DNA of 63,187 bases, filler included, from Folioceros fuciformis (lineage: Eukaryota): NCBI GenBank assembly GCA_049999805.1. It is 3 parts of 2 records of this genome, joined end to end, with 100 filler letters (N's around TTAATTAATTAA, not from the genome) between each part and the next. Parts side by side here need not be neighbours in the genome. Positions count along the whole stretch, not along the records: positions 14,428 to 37,723 come from JBNGIO010005954.1; 2 more parts are not named here. One strand, given 5' to 3'. The notes beneath the pieces were generated by a model, which saw only the letters and a list, made by a program, of their open reading frames with translations, made no database searches and was not told the DNA's origin. Position numbers and translations under genes: made by a program. Shown in pieces: positions 23,251-36,400 of the stretch (positions within the stretch are counted from its first letter, which is position 1; the number at the start of each line of letters is the position of its first letter).

Positions 23251-24320
23251 GAAGCCTTTCTTGGTAGCTGGGTCCTCTTGGCTCCAATTTTGCAGCAAGA
23301 TTCCCCTCTTCTTGAAGGTTTTATCTCAGGCGTTGAGGAGGGCACTTTCCCTTTATAAGTATCTCTTAGGCAAGCGAGAATTCTTTACCTTTGGAAGCTC
23401 GTGAGCTCTACCTCCTTTTCTAGGGAAGGTTTGAGGGGTCTCCAGGCCTTCCTCTTAGAAAAGCAATATGACCAAGCACTAAGAGCCCTTCTTTCGGACT
23501 CATCCATCCCTAGGTCTTCTTGGGCTTGGATTCGCTCTTGTTTAGGTAAAGGAGCAGGCTCTTGGCTTTTGGCTTGACCTTGCATCTAGATGTTTTGAAT
23601 CGTACTAGCAACTTTTGCCAACGTGATGAGATTTCGCTTAGGTGTGGCCCACCCCTTGGCTTTTTCTCTCTCTACATGTAGTTGTGGGGTTGCCATTGTT
23701 GATATAGGGTCCCATCTGGCATGTCGTTCCATTGGGGGGCACCGCATTGCCACCCATGATGCAGTTTAAGATGTCATATTCTCAATAGCTAGGGAATGTG
23801 TGTTTCTTCCGTATAAGGAACATTCATATACTTTGCGTAACGAGGTTTCTCTTTGACCTGAACTTTTTTTCACTAGGGGGGAATACTTTTTTTCACTTGG
23901 GCTGATGTGGTTGTTACGGATCCCATTGGGGATTTGATTTGCAAGCACGTTATCATCAACCTTTTGGTTGGGCAGTGGTGGGTTGTGCAAGAGCCAAAGT
24001 GCACATGTATTATCCCTTGCAAGATACACATGTTTCATCCCCCTTGCTCTTGAGACTCATGGGGATATGGGCAAGGACTTTTCAAGGTTTATCAAGGAGT
24101 GCGCCAAGGCTTATTAGAATCCTAAGAATGGTGTTCTCCCTCTTTCCTCTATAGTGGCCTTTTTCAACAACGCATATCCATTGTTGTGCAAAGAGCATTG
24201 GCCAACATGGGTTTTAAAATAGCAACAAGCACAGGTCAAACGACTTCTTCGGCACAAGTGGTAGGTAGGCCTTTTGTTATTCCACATCATGACATTTTGG
24301 GAGTAGTAGGTAGTTTTTGA
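23250..24320 (+). mobile_element. 3' remnant of a CRE-like non-LTR retrotransposon (zinc finger plus restriction-like endonuclease), disabled
   Basis: From 23521: GAGSWLLA*P..FANVMRFRLG..CSCG..GSHLAC..GGHRIATHDAV..L*PEL (RPD-like)..ADVVVTDP..FIPLALETHG..QRISIVVQRALA. Confidence 0.75.
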
Positions 24321-25393
24321 GAATGATATTTGAGGGGGCTAGTACCCCTTTAGGCCTTTGGCCTTGCTCGGGTTGTTCCTCCAATCTCCGGAGTAGATGA
24401 GACTTTCCATCTGCTTCTCAATAACAAAAAGTACACTAGCAATACTTTTATAATAAAGTCTCCATACCTTATCCCATAAAAGCATCCATAATTTTATAGT
24501 ATTCATGCTACTAATTTGCACCAACCTACTCCAATTTATTGTTGGCGTCACAATATCGAAACCACTACATTACACATATCTCATGTAGGATATATCCCTC
24601 AACATGCTTCCATAACGCATTACAATCACAATATTGAAAGCCCTAGATTACACTTACCACTTATCCCATGTAGCTTGTATCCTTAAGCGCCCTTCCATAG
24701 CTCTACAAAGAGCTCTAATAAACATGAGTCATATGTTGGCTACTAATGCAGGTCTCATGGTAGTCGACTTTGGTTTGAAGTTGGCACTTTGCTACATGTC
24801 CTGAGGCATCGTTGGCTTCTATTCGATGTAGGCGCTTTGCTATCTCAAATCACGATATCTAAGGGTTGTGAGTGCTCATGGGACTGACGTTGGACTAGCA
24901 CTCATGGGACTGACATTGGACTAGCCACTTTTTGGACTTTCATTCCCTTTGAATCTTTTCTCCTCTTGTTTGGAGTGAGTTGGATTTTTTATTTCTTTTA
25001 AATTAAATACTCTACTTGCTGTATCCCATATAAAATCGATGCGTAGGTTTCATAAGACTTTATGAAACCTTTGAATCATTTATCATATGAATCATTGTAC
25101 CACATCTTCCGAGTAGGCCACGCTATTTAGGGCAAAACACTGTTGTTGGACACGCACAGCCAAGGAAACGCACAGCCAATGACATACATGGTCCGTCAGA
25201 AACCCTCAATCGCCGTCACTTGTGATAGGCTGCCTGCTTAGTATTTGTGGTAGCGCACTGCGAGGACAAAGGCTTAGTGATGGCTCGTCCAGAGCTATGG
25301 GTGAGTTGTTGAGTTGCGAATCCTACCCTTCACTCTGTCACATAGTTGGCTCGTAACTGTTGTGACAATCACCTGTGCGTCAGCGGGATCAGT

Positions 25394-28300
25394 ATGCCTC
25401 GTAAGCGCAAAACCCCCAAAGATGGTGAAGAGCAGGGACAAGGCCTGCAGGCTATTGCACAACCCTCCGCTATTGGGCCACAGAGGGAGGCTGTGTACAA
25501 AACGGATATTGGACTGGTTAGCGGCGTCCTCGGTCGGTCCGGCGTAGATGGTAGCAGTCTACAAGCCGGACCTCTTGTGGGGAGAGTTGCGTCGTCCGTG
25601 TCCGCTTGTCCTCCTGTGGTTGCTCATTCGAAAGTGGGTTGCCAGGCGTACAGTAATCCCTCTCAGTTTCCGGAAGACGCAGCTTCCATCCGTAGCGCAG
25701 TCTGCTCTGAGCTCTCCATAGACTCGCCGAAATCTGTGCAGCCTGTGAACCAGGCTTCTCCTGGAACTTCCGCTGAATCGGTTCCTGGCCCTGGGTCTCA
25801 CGTGGAGCGCTCGGCTTCTTCAGCAAGTCGCTTCGTTGATGGGGCATCTGTGATCGCGGGGTGTATGAGTGGTTTGGGGCTGCAGGAGCGCCAAGGGGCA
25901 CCAGCGCTGCCGTCACCCACTCGTCTACAAGTGCCACCTGTGTCGAGCAAGTCACTGAGGTTTCCTTTGCGACCAGGTAAGGGTCGGTCAGGCACTAAAT
26001 GTGTAGTCAAGGCGAATCATTTCTTTGCGGAGCTACCTGATAAAGACCTGCATCAGTATGATGTAAGTCCGCTCTTTTCAAGTTGCCAGTTCATGGACTG
26101 TCGCATGTCATTTTGTTCTGTAACTGCCCTCACACTCACAGGTTTCTATTACTCCGGAGGTGACGTCGCGAGGTGTAAACAGGGCGGTAATAGAAGTGCT
26201 TGTCAGCAAGCACAGAGAAACTGCTCTCGGTTTACGACTGCCCGTGTATGACGGCAGGAAAAGCCTTTACACGGCTGGCCCTTTACCTTTTCAGTCGAAA
26301 GAGTTTCATATCAACCTCCTCGAGGAAGAGGATGGTGCGCACGCTCAAAGGTTTGGATTCGCTCTTGGATGCTCCCTTTGCTTTGTCCACTGCGCTGTCG
26401 GGTTTGGATTGACGTTGGTTCCTGTACTGCAGGAGGGAGAGGTCGTTTAAGGTCGTGCTGAAGCTAGCAGCTAGGGCAGACCTGCATCATTTAGGACAAT
26501 TCTTGCAAGGCAGACAAGCTGATGCACCTCAAGAGGCGTTGCAAGTCTTGGACATCGTGTTGCGAGAACTACCAACTCACCGGTATATGCCTTCTCCCGT
26601 GATCAGTGTCATCCGGATTTTATGTCTTTTGAGCAGCGTAGGCCACAATCAAAGCTACTTGCATATCTTGTTTGTTTGCAGATACTCACCAGTGGGCCGA
26701 TCGTTTTATTCACCGCATTTGGGGCATCGACAATCTTTGGGAGATGGTCTCGAAAGTTGGAGGGGTTTCTATCAAAGCATTCGACCTACCCAGATGGGTT
26801 TGTCTCTCAATATTGGTGAGCACTGCCGTGTTCAGGCTTTGGTTGTCAGTTTCCGTTTTTACCATTTCTAGGTGCAGAGCCTTGTAGACCTGTAGTGACA
26901 AGAGTCTTCTACTTATAGTGGTTTTTGGTGATGCAGACATGTCATCTACTGCTTTCATTGAGCCGCTGCCTATTATCGATTTTGTGGCTCAAGTCCTGAA
27001 TCGTGATTTGTCAAGACCTTTGTCAGATGCAGACCGTATTAAGGTATCTACATTTTGCTTGCTGTAAACTGTGAATGGCGATGTTAGTTCCAGGATTTTC
27101 CTTCTGCAGATAATTTCAGTAGATGACATGCGGTTTGTGGTTGTGGTCCTGCCATATCTCGTTGTTACCTGTTGCTGCTAGACCTTGTCATCACCCTATC
27201 CGTAGTCCAATCTTGGTCCCTGCAGTGATGCATCTAAAGATTTTACACTCAGGAGTTTGCAAGTGCATCGTCCTGTCCAGGTCTGACATTTGCATGTTGG
27301 TTGGAGTACTCGTTCTGTTGTGGACGAGTCTTACGACAGTGCCACTGTCCCTGAAATTTCTGACTTTGCAGGTGGCGGAATGAAGTGAGCCTTTTGTTTC
27401 TCTTTTGTGAGTTGGATCTTTTGTGTGTACCAAGTGGCTAGTGGTTGGACAACTGGATCGTTCATGATCTTTTGCTATTGTGTACTGTGGTATTGAAAGT
27501 GAGCCGACTGTATCGAATATAACATGGTTAATGTGTCATTCACTAAATCTAAGTTGATTGGCAATTTTCTATGGAATAATTATGGAGACTGTTCTTCCAG
27601 GTGAAAAAAGCACTCAAAGGCATCAAAGTGGAGGTCACTCATCGTGGCACGATGCGCCGGAAGTATCGAATCTCTGGCATAACTTCTCAGGCTACATATG
27701 ATTTGAGGTGAGACACCCAGCCTGTCAGTCATGTCTTCAAAAGATTTTTCTTGCGAAGGAGTGCAGTTTTGGTGTGCAAGTTTTCTTTAGTTCCCTCTTG
27801 GCGTGCAAGTTTTTCAAGATCTTGGTGGTAAGACCTATAGTTCCTTATGTACAGCTTCCCAGTTGATGATCGAGGGACCATGAAGTCTGTCACAGAGTAT
27901 TTTATGGAAACTTACAGCTATGTAATTCGAAGGCCATCTCTGCCATGTTTACAAGTTGGGAACCAGCAGCGCGTAAACTACCTTCCCATGGAGGTACTTT
28001 AATATGTCTCATGCCCGATTTCTGGGCATTGAAGTGTCCCAGCTTTTTCTGAGCGTTTTTCAGCTGTCTGAGACTCGGACTTTGGGAAACCCAGGTCTGC
28101 AAGATTGTTGAGGGGCAACGGTTCTCCAAACGGCTGAATGAGAGACAGATTACTGCATTATTGAAAGTCACATGTCAACGGCCCAAGGATAGGGAGATGG
28201 ACATTGTCCAGGCCTGATTCGTTCTCCTTCATTGCATTTGGTTTAGTCCGCCTTACGGTTTCTGTTGAAGGAATGTTTGTTGCTAGTTTATGTTGACTCT

Positions 28301-31284
28301 CAGTTGTCTGGTCTGTGTGCAGACAGTTCGCCATAATGCCTATGACCGGGACCCATATGCCCGCGAATTTGGCATTAAGATCAGTGACAAGCTTGCTTCA
28401 GTGGAAGCTCGAATTCTGCCACCTCCTCGGGTTAGTCTCACTTGTGCTCCTGGATTCCCTTGCGAATAGAGAGACGTTGCAGCTAATTGCTGTCGTTGAA
28501 TGGGGCACAGCTCAAATATCATGACACAGGTCGAGAGAAGGATTGTTTGCCTCAAGTAGGGCAATGGAATATGATGAATAAGGTAATCACACAGTGAAGG
28601 ATCTAGCTGTTGTTTCTTATGTGTCGTTTGTATGTGCAGGAACCTCTGCTCACCCTGTGTATTTGGCATTGCAGAAGATGGTGAATGGAGGAGTTGTGAA
28701 TTACTGGGCTTGCATCAATTTCTCTAGAAGTGTGCAAGAGAATGTTGCTCGTGGATTTTGCAGCGAGCTTGCCCAAATGTGTCTGACCTCTGGCATGGTG
28801 GGAAATCTATGGTTTTTCAGTGGGTTAGGACTATGAGTTAGCATGCTAGTGTATCGTAGGCTAGTTGCTATAAGTCTATCTGGTAAATGTGTAGAGACCA
28901 ACTCAAATATTTGCAGGCGTTTCAAAGCGAGCCAGTGCTGCCAGTTCATATGGCCCGACCTGATCAAGTAGACCGAACACTGAAGGCTTTGTACCGGGAT
29001 GCTCAAGTAAAATTGAAAGGCAAAGATCTGGAGCTGCTAATGGTCATCCTTCCTGACAACAATGGTGCTCTTTATGGTATGAACTCTCATTTAACTTGAT
29101 CGCGAGTCTTGCTTTTGCCAAGCAAGACGGTAAATAACCATTCGGGCTTAGTGTGATCAAAAGCTACACATTGACTGCAGGTGATCTCAAGAGAATATGT
29201 GAAACCGATCTTGGTGTTATCTCCCAATGTTGTTTGACGAAGCATGTATTCAAAATGAGCAAGCAGTACCTTGCCAACGTGGCACTAAAAATTAATGTGA
29301 AGGTAGGTTTGCATCGCATTCTCTCTAGGGTGGTAGCTCTTTGCTGAATTCCTTCTCTGAATTTGGACGGGCTGCGAGTTGTTGACCAGGCCTGCCAATT
29401 TTTGTTGTGTTGTACCTCATCTCATGGTCTCTCTTTAGGTTGGTGGTAGAAACACAGTGTTGGTAGATGCTATTTCAAGGAGAATTCCTTTAGTGAGCGA
29501 CATCCCCACTATCATTTTTGGAGCAGATGTAACACATCCACATCCTGGAGAAGACTCAAGTCCATCTATTGCGGCGGTGAGAATGGCAAATAATCGGTGC
29601 CTAACAATGTGTCCTTGAAGTTCAAGGTCCTGGGCCTAGGTGATAATGAGATGCATATTTTTGGTGCCTTTTGCATGATGTCTCCTGTACATTTGCAGGT
29701 GGTTGCCTCGCAGGATTGGCCAGAGGTCACAAAGTATGCTGGATTAGTATGTGCTCAAGCTCACAGGCAAGAATTGATCCAGGACTTGTTCAAGACTTGG
29801 GTTGATCCAAAGCGGGGCCCGTGTTCTGGTGGAATGATCAAGTAAACTCTTACAGACTGAGTCCATCTAGAGTTTTTGTCTTCCTGTATGTTTCCTTCTC
29901 GCAGGATATTTTCTATGTTTGACTTGCTTCTCTCATAACTCTTCTGACCGTGCAGGGAGCTTCTTGTCGCTTTCCATCGAGCAACAGGACAAAAGCCTCT
30001 GAGGATAATATTTTACAGGTGTTGTCTTCTGTCTTTTCTAGGCTACAGTTGGTGCCATTTTGGTGTCTGTGATCTCATACTACCTTTCTGCAGAGATGGA
30101 GTTAGTGAGGGCCAGTTCTACCAGGTTCTTCTCTATGAATTGGATGCTATTCGGAAGGTAAGGGTCCCTCTGAACGCTTCTTTCTGACTCCTTCGATTGG
30201 TTTTGTTCCATATTGATATGGCGTTCTTCGAATGCAGGCCTGTGCTTCTTTGGAGCAAGGCTATCAACCCCCCGTTACTTTTGTCGTGGTCCAAAAACGA
30301 CATCATACTCGCTTGTTTGCCAGTAACCACAATGACCGCAGTGCAACCGATAGAAGTGGGAACATCCTTCCAGGTTTGCCCCTCTTATCCGAAACAATGA
30401 CGTTGTTTTAGCCCATTGTGTAAAATAAGGGTTCCTGAGAGTTCTGGTTCAAAGTTTGAGGAGATGTCATCCTCCCATGTGTGTTTGATGGTACGAGAGT
30501 CGGCTCCCTATTGTACACAACCACAGGCACAGTCGTGGACTCGAAGATCTGTCATCCTACAGAATTTGATTTCTACCTTTGCAGCCATGCAGGCATACAG
30601 GTTTGTAAAATCAATGTTGCGATCAGTGGTCAGATTTGTCCATGTTTAAGCCGCCGCTGTTGGAGTTATTGATGGCACATGGTGAGAGAACTTTTGTGAC
30701 CCTGCTTATAATTTTGCAGGGAACAAGCAGACCAGCGCACTACCATGTGCTTTGGGATGAAAACAATTTCACAGCAGATAGTATTCAGTCTCTCACCAAC
30801 AACCTTTGTTACACGTAAGTTCGCTATGTGGAAATGACATTCTTTTTGTCTGTGTTCTTTCATCCAGGTGGGTCATCCATCTTAGCGAGGTGTGCATTTC
30901 TAACATTTTGTCTGTTGCAGTTACGCCCGATGTACCCGATCAGTTTCCATTGGTAGGTTGCAGCTTATCCATCCCTATGGTTTGTAGTCTGATCGCACAA
31001 ATTGTGTGGTATGTCAGGATCGTGATAATTTCATATCTTTCTGTCATACCGATGCAGTTCCTCCTGCGTACTATGCACATCTAGCTGCTTTCCGGGCACG
31101 ATTCTACATGGAGCCTGAAGCATCGGACAGTGGCTCTGTTACAAGTGGTGTCGGTCCTACTGGGAGCAGAAGCATGGCTACTGGGAGTTCGGGTTCACGC
31201 ACTACGCGGGTCGTTGCTGGTAGTTTTGTGCGTCCATTGCCCGCGTTGAAGGACAATGTTAAAAAGGTCATGTTTTACTGCTAG
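25394..31284 (+). CDS. AGO1: Argonaute, AGO1/5/10 clade (AGO1-like), 22 coding exons, 1062 aa
   Basis: Exons 25394-26062, 26142-26350, 26433-26582, 26682-26815, 26937-27043, 27601-27707, 27855-27993, 28095-28211, 28323-28430, 28511-28582, 28675-28797, 28917-29076, 29181-29302, 29439-29576, 29699-29841, 29956-30018, 30094-30157, 30238-30373, 30527-30600, 30720-30814, 30921-30952, 31058-31284 sum to 3189 nt in one open frame. N, PAZ, MID and PIWI motifs; catalytic [26 protein letters not shown]-terminus [15 protein letters not shown]. Exact orthology within the clade needs a tree. Confidence 0.97.
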
Positions 31285-33372
31285 ATAGGCGTCTGGTGAG
31301 AGTTCACTTAGTGGAACAACACAGATGGAGGGAAAGTTGTCGTGTCTTACAGTATGAGGAGCTGGGGATTGCTAGCTAAGCCAACTTGTCCTTCCACAGA
31401 CAGTGTGCCCTTCCCATCCAGGAGTAATTATTGTTTAGCGGAGTCGCTGTACGAGAGATATCTTGATTAGTCTTCTTTATTTTAAAATTAATATTTATAT
31501 TCGAAATTATTTTATTTTCTAACAACGTAAATGATGAAAGTAACAGCACGAAATAGGACTATCCCTCAAAGCGAGATGGAGTTACCAACGGCATTGATAG
31601 CTCTAAGTGGCTGTATTTATTAACATAGCCATATATATTATATGTATAGTTCTTCCAGTCTAACATCAATATTATAGAAATGTACGCAAGCCCATCTCTA
31701 AACGTTTATGCAAATGTAATGTCTCCTAGTTGTTGCTTTCATGACATTGATTGAATTCTTCTCATAAAAAATCCAACCGAGAATGTCAATAATCAAGGAG
31801 TTCACCAATGATAGGGATATGGAAGAAGAAAAACGACAAGAGAAAAAGACCACACACTCTACGAGAAGAGTGTAACACACACAGATGTGTGTATAAATAT
31901 GACAAAAGAAAAGGAAGTGGGATTCGAATTCAATCTCAAGGGAACAAAGCTCGTAGAAACAAGTGTGGAGTCCAAGTTCCGCAGGTAGGCCTTAGGCAAG
32001 AGAAAAACATTGACAATACGTCTAAGAGGAGGGCCAAGGGGAAAGCACAGCGGTCTCCAGGAGGCGAAGGATAGCTCCAGTAGCAGGGCGTGGGGTGAGT
32101 CTGATGACACAGAGCGAGATGAGGTAACAAAGTGGACTTACACTTAAGAAGTACGAACAGTGGATGGAGGAAGGGGAGAAGAGTAAACCAAAAGGAGGTT
32201 TGCCACTAGCGAGGAGAGGTGAACGAAATCGACGATATGCCGAGAGCTTAGGAAACAACTAGCAGATTGGGATGGGGAGATCAGGGGAAGTCCTAACCCC
32301 TGTAAGGAATCGATGTAAAGGTGGCAAGAAAGTTCACGGCTCCACAATCTGCAATCGTTGCAATAGCACTGCCGGGGTCATGTCCCATGAGTGTTGGGTA
32401 GTCTCCTCCAAAGGGACCTGTGGGCAGGCTAATGAGTTGCTAGGCTCTTTATTCCTCAAGCTACTCGACAACCTAGGGTTGTACTCCTAAGGACCTTCGG
32501 ACGGGGAAGGGGGGGATTCTCCATCCCATATCACTATCCAGAAAGGACAGGAGGGGAAGCAATAAGTTGAAGGACAACGAGAGAATCCGAAGCTCGAAGT
32601 GATGGTTCAAGCCAAAAAACATTTTCTTGAAGGCTGAAGGGTTTGAACTACGGCCACCACCAAGCTTCTGGGAGGTCCGCATGGTGAGCGGCTACTATTG
32701 CTACATACTTGTGGAGCTCTTCCAGGGCTAGCGATGTGGCCCTTGCCTCCTCTTAGAGTTAGAGCGTGGTCACAATCTCTACCTGAGTCTTCCGAACCCC
32801 TATTTCAACTTCAAAACTCCTGCTCTCCAGCTCCCGGACCTTTACCCAAAGCTCGTCGCTTTCCTTTTGAAGAGTTTGTAGCCAGCCCTCCATTCCCTTC
32901 CACTTAGACTCCCACAACCTAGCGTGCTTCTGATGGGTTTCTCTCATGACAACAATCTTGGCCCTTAGAGTTTGGATTTCGTATTGTGAGGTCTGCTATG
33001 CTACTTGGGAGTTCTAGTACATCGCTTGTGGAAGATCACATGTGCAAAAACTTTCCTCATGACTTTCGGTTTGAAGGATCCTTGTCTTTTTTTTTGTGTG
33101 TTTCAAGTGACAGTGTTTAGCTACTGCCCAGGGCAACGTCTTTTATACTAAAAGTGTCCTTGGCCCATGGTAGTGTTGCTCCTTGGCTTTTGGTTTTCTT
33201 TTTTCATTTTTACCAATAATTAGTCCTTGGACCATGAACTATGGGTTAGACTAAAGGTCCTTGAACCTTGGTGTTTTAGAATAACCAAATTGTCTATATA
33301 AGGGAGAAGGATCCTCATTCAACCACCATTGCTTGCTCGAGTGGGGAGGTGGCTCATTCCCCCACAGTGGCT

Positions 33373-33444
33373 AAGTATGGAACGTAAAGTATGGAACGTA
33401 AAGGAACAGACTGTTAAATGGAACGTAAAGGAACAGACTGTTAA
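33373..33444 (+). repeat. Short compound tandem duplication (ATGGAACGTAAAG x3, GAACAGACTGTTAA x2)
   Basis: Read directly. Confidence 0.8.
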
Positions 33445-36400
33445 GATGTCACCCCCGCCATGCTCAAAGGAGGTTAAAACAAGTTAGTTGAAGCAAGATG
33501 CAGAATCCCAAAAATAAGAGCACTATAACAAGGCTCTTAAACTCAAATAAAAAGGAGAATTACAAAAACAACACAATACAAGTGAAGAGGGAGTTAGACT
33601 ACAAATACTAAGTAGGTTCATTCCTTCTTTTATGGACCTATGGGTGGCACTCTCATTTCGTGCCCAATATGGGATAAATGACCCCAAACCCTACAATACT
33701 TTTTTTTTGCCTAACATAGCAAATTCTAATAAGCTATATATATATATTAATCATAACCTTAATCACTCTTACCACTAATTAGTACAAACTCAATAAGCTG
33801 GATTAGCACTAATTAATCTCAACATTAATCATGCTTAACAAGGATGCCTCGAAGGTGCACCCCGGCGAGCTACGCTCCTGCAAGAAATGCACCACTACAT
33901 CAGTGACCTCAGCCGATGATCCAGCAATTCTGTGCCAGCTGCCTCCAGCACATCTTTCCCTGCGGAAACACACACACGGACCAGACATGCTACCCCACCG
34001 ACAGTAACCCCCCAAGACAAGAGTCCAATGTCTCTAACCTTTTTAGTCGTAGGTCCATTCCCACTCATCTCCCATCTTCCATTCCTCCTTGCGAACTTTT
34101 GAACAGCCAACTCATCCTCATCAAATCCCAAATGGAAGCACTCCACATCACAATCACCAACCTTGCTGCACAACCTCCCCAAGATTCAAGATACCTCTAG
34201 GTCACCCTGTGCCAAAGTTTGATCCCCTAGCCTCAAACTCCACTAAGCTCATAGCCAAGAAGCCTACCCATATCATTCACAAGGGAACCATGTCAAGTAA
34301 CACCATTGTCAACACCACAAAGGTCAAGTTGGCTGCAGGTGTCCTGCCCTGTGTCTCGCTTTGCCCAACCGATCTGGCCCCTCTGATCCCGCCGATGCTT
34401 GTTTTCTAGTCTAGCCAGCAACTCGCCATAGCCCGATCTAGCCGTCGCCGCTACCTCGGCTACCCTGCTTGTGTTCCTCCCTTGCTGCTTTGCTGGATCA
34501 ACCCCACTACTCTATCAAGACCCCCCAAAACTATAGACCACCCGCCCCACTTGTCCCGATTCGTCCCATACCCCGCTCCTGCCATTCAGATCCTACTAGC
34601 CCGATCTATCTTGCCAAACCAATCTCTCCAGCTCCTGGTGCTGCCATCCCCCTCAGCCCATGCTCCCGTCCCTCCCTTTCTTTTTTTATAATGTACATAT
34701 ACGTATACTACCACCCCCTCCTGTATTTTATATGTATTTAATACATATATGGTATCCCTATCTGTATCCATACTCAACATCCATCTTCTCATTTTTCTTT
34801 TCTTTTTTTCTTTTTTTTTCCTCCTCTCTTTTCCTATTTCCTTTTTCTTTTTCTCCCTTTTCTATTTTCTCTCTTGTTTTCTTGGATTTAATTCCAAAAA
34901 ATCTGACTCTAGTCTTCTTACCTGCTTCATTCTCCTATAGTTTGAGAACTGTCCCGGCACCTTAGGATTAGTTTTCAGCGACTAGTAGAACATTTCAACT
35001 AGAAGTCGTTTCTGCCGAATGAGCGATCGTTTTCAGGTGTGGGTTGAGAGGCTCACCACTCCTCTTCCATTCTTTCCCCTTTCTTCTCCCACTACTTCTA
35101 CTAACACCAAGAGACCTCTATCTAAGGACTATCCGACATTTCGACGACCCATCGTCCCTTGGGGTCGTTTCTAATCCACCTGCCACCACGTCTCTTGGCT
35201 GGCTGGATGCATTGTTTGCTTGTTTGGTATCCTAACCTACTCCGGCGAGAGCTTAGCTCTTGCAACCTCCCTACTGACCTCTTCTACTATGTTCTTTTTC
35301 TTACTAACATGTCCTGGGTAGGTTTGACCTACTGTTTGTGGGCCCCGTAGAACACTATTTTAGGACTAAACTAACAGCCTGACATGTGCTCCTCCCATGA
35401 GAGCTGTGCGTCAACCACTGTGAGAACTGTTATGAGAGATGATGTAGAGGTGAAGGTGACTAGACCGGTAGCAGCCTTAGCCACCATGGGAACAGTTGTA
35501 GGGGAAGACTTTGCAGGTAGCCAACTAGCAATAAGAAGGCAACGCCCACCAGATCTGGAAGAGCAATCAACAACCAAGGATCTGCAAGGGTTGTTGGTAG
35601 GGTAGCAAGGAGGTTGGCAGCATTTCAAGTTGATGGTAGGGTAGACTAGTTGTAGCTTCCCCAAACCACAAGGCCTAGAACGGAGCACAGGAGAGGAAAT
35701 GAAAGAAACGAAGTAGGGAAAAACGCGGGGGTGGCATGATTGCAACACTTCAGCGGACCAGGGCTGGACCTCCAGAGAACGCCGTCGCAGTGATGGCGAC
35801 CAGTATGAAACAACGACGCTCCTTGGCGTGTCACAAGGTGGTCCCGCTTGGACCATGTCTCAAAGTGTAGATGGCGAACATGAGGTGAGAGGTGTTGATG
35901 ATCCTCAATGGAAGGGGTTTGGTGGCTTGGGTGAGGAGACAACCGGGAGCAAGAAGTAGGATGGTCGAGACGAAGGAAAGTGGGGTCCGAAAGCAGACAA
36001 GGCCTCACCTTCAATGGTTCACCAATTTGGGGGTCGTTGTAGGCAGTCTCCAGGCAAGTTGGGTTGGTCTCCGAGCATCGTGACTCCTCTTCCCTCCTGT
36101 ACCGACAACTCGGTCCTCAGCAGTTCCCTTGGAACAAGCCTACCCCTTGGTGGGGAGAGGGCACACCAAAGGAAGATTCAGAAGAGAGTTGCTTCCTCAC
36201 AGATCGCAGAGTGGGAGAGAGCAGTGACTCAAGCATACAGATTGTGATCAAACATGAGCTCTGAGGCCACTTACAATTACTTGCCCAAGGCTTTATATAA
36301 AATCGGACCATGGGTCCGGACAAAAGTCTTAATGAAAAAGAATCCTATCTTCTATTCTAAGTACATGGCAGTTGGTCTCTGTTAGGGGCTAGCTAGTGGA

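Noticed and set aside
24875..24925. 26-bp tandem duplication containing TGACG upstream of AGO as an as-1-like element
   Set aside because: Only one copy keeps TGACG and the spacing does not fit; no functional support.
26045..26056. GACCTGCATCA as a miR168 site (also near 26479)
   Set aside because: Matches only the central part; the bases pairing with the miRNA seed are mismatched, and the match reflects DLH codons.
25346..26251. ORF-track protein of 301 aa as the AGO N-terminus
   Set aside because: It begins at a TTG and runs into intron 1; the first ATG is 25394 and the exon ends at 26062.
27225..27286. C/D-box snoRNA in AGO intron 5 (GTGATGC...CTGA)
   Set aside because: Box C is imperfect, the terminal stem is weak and no rRNA guide is recognised.
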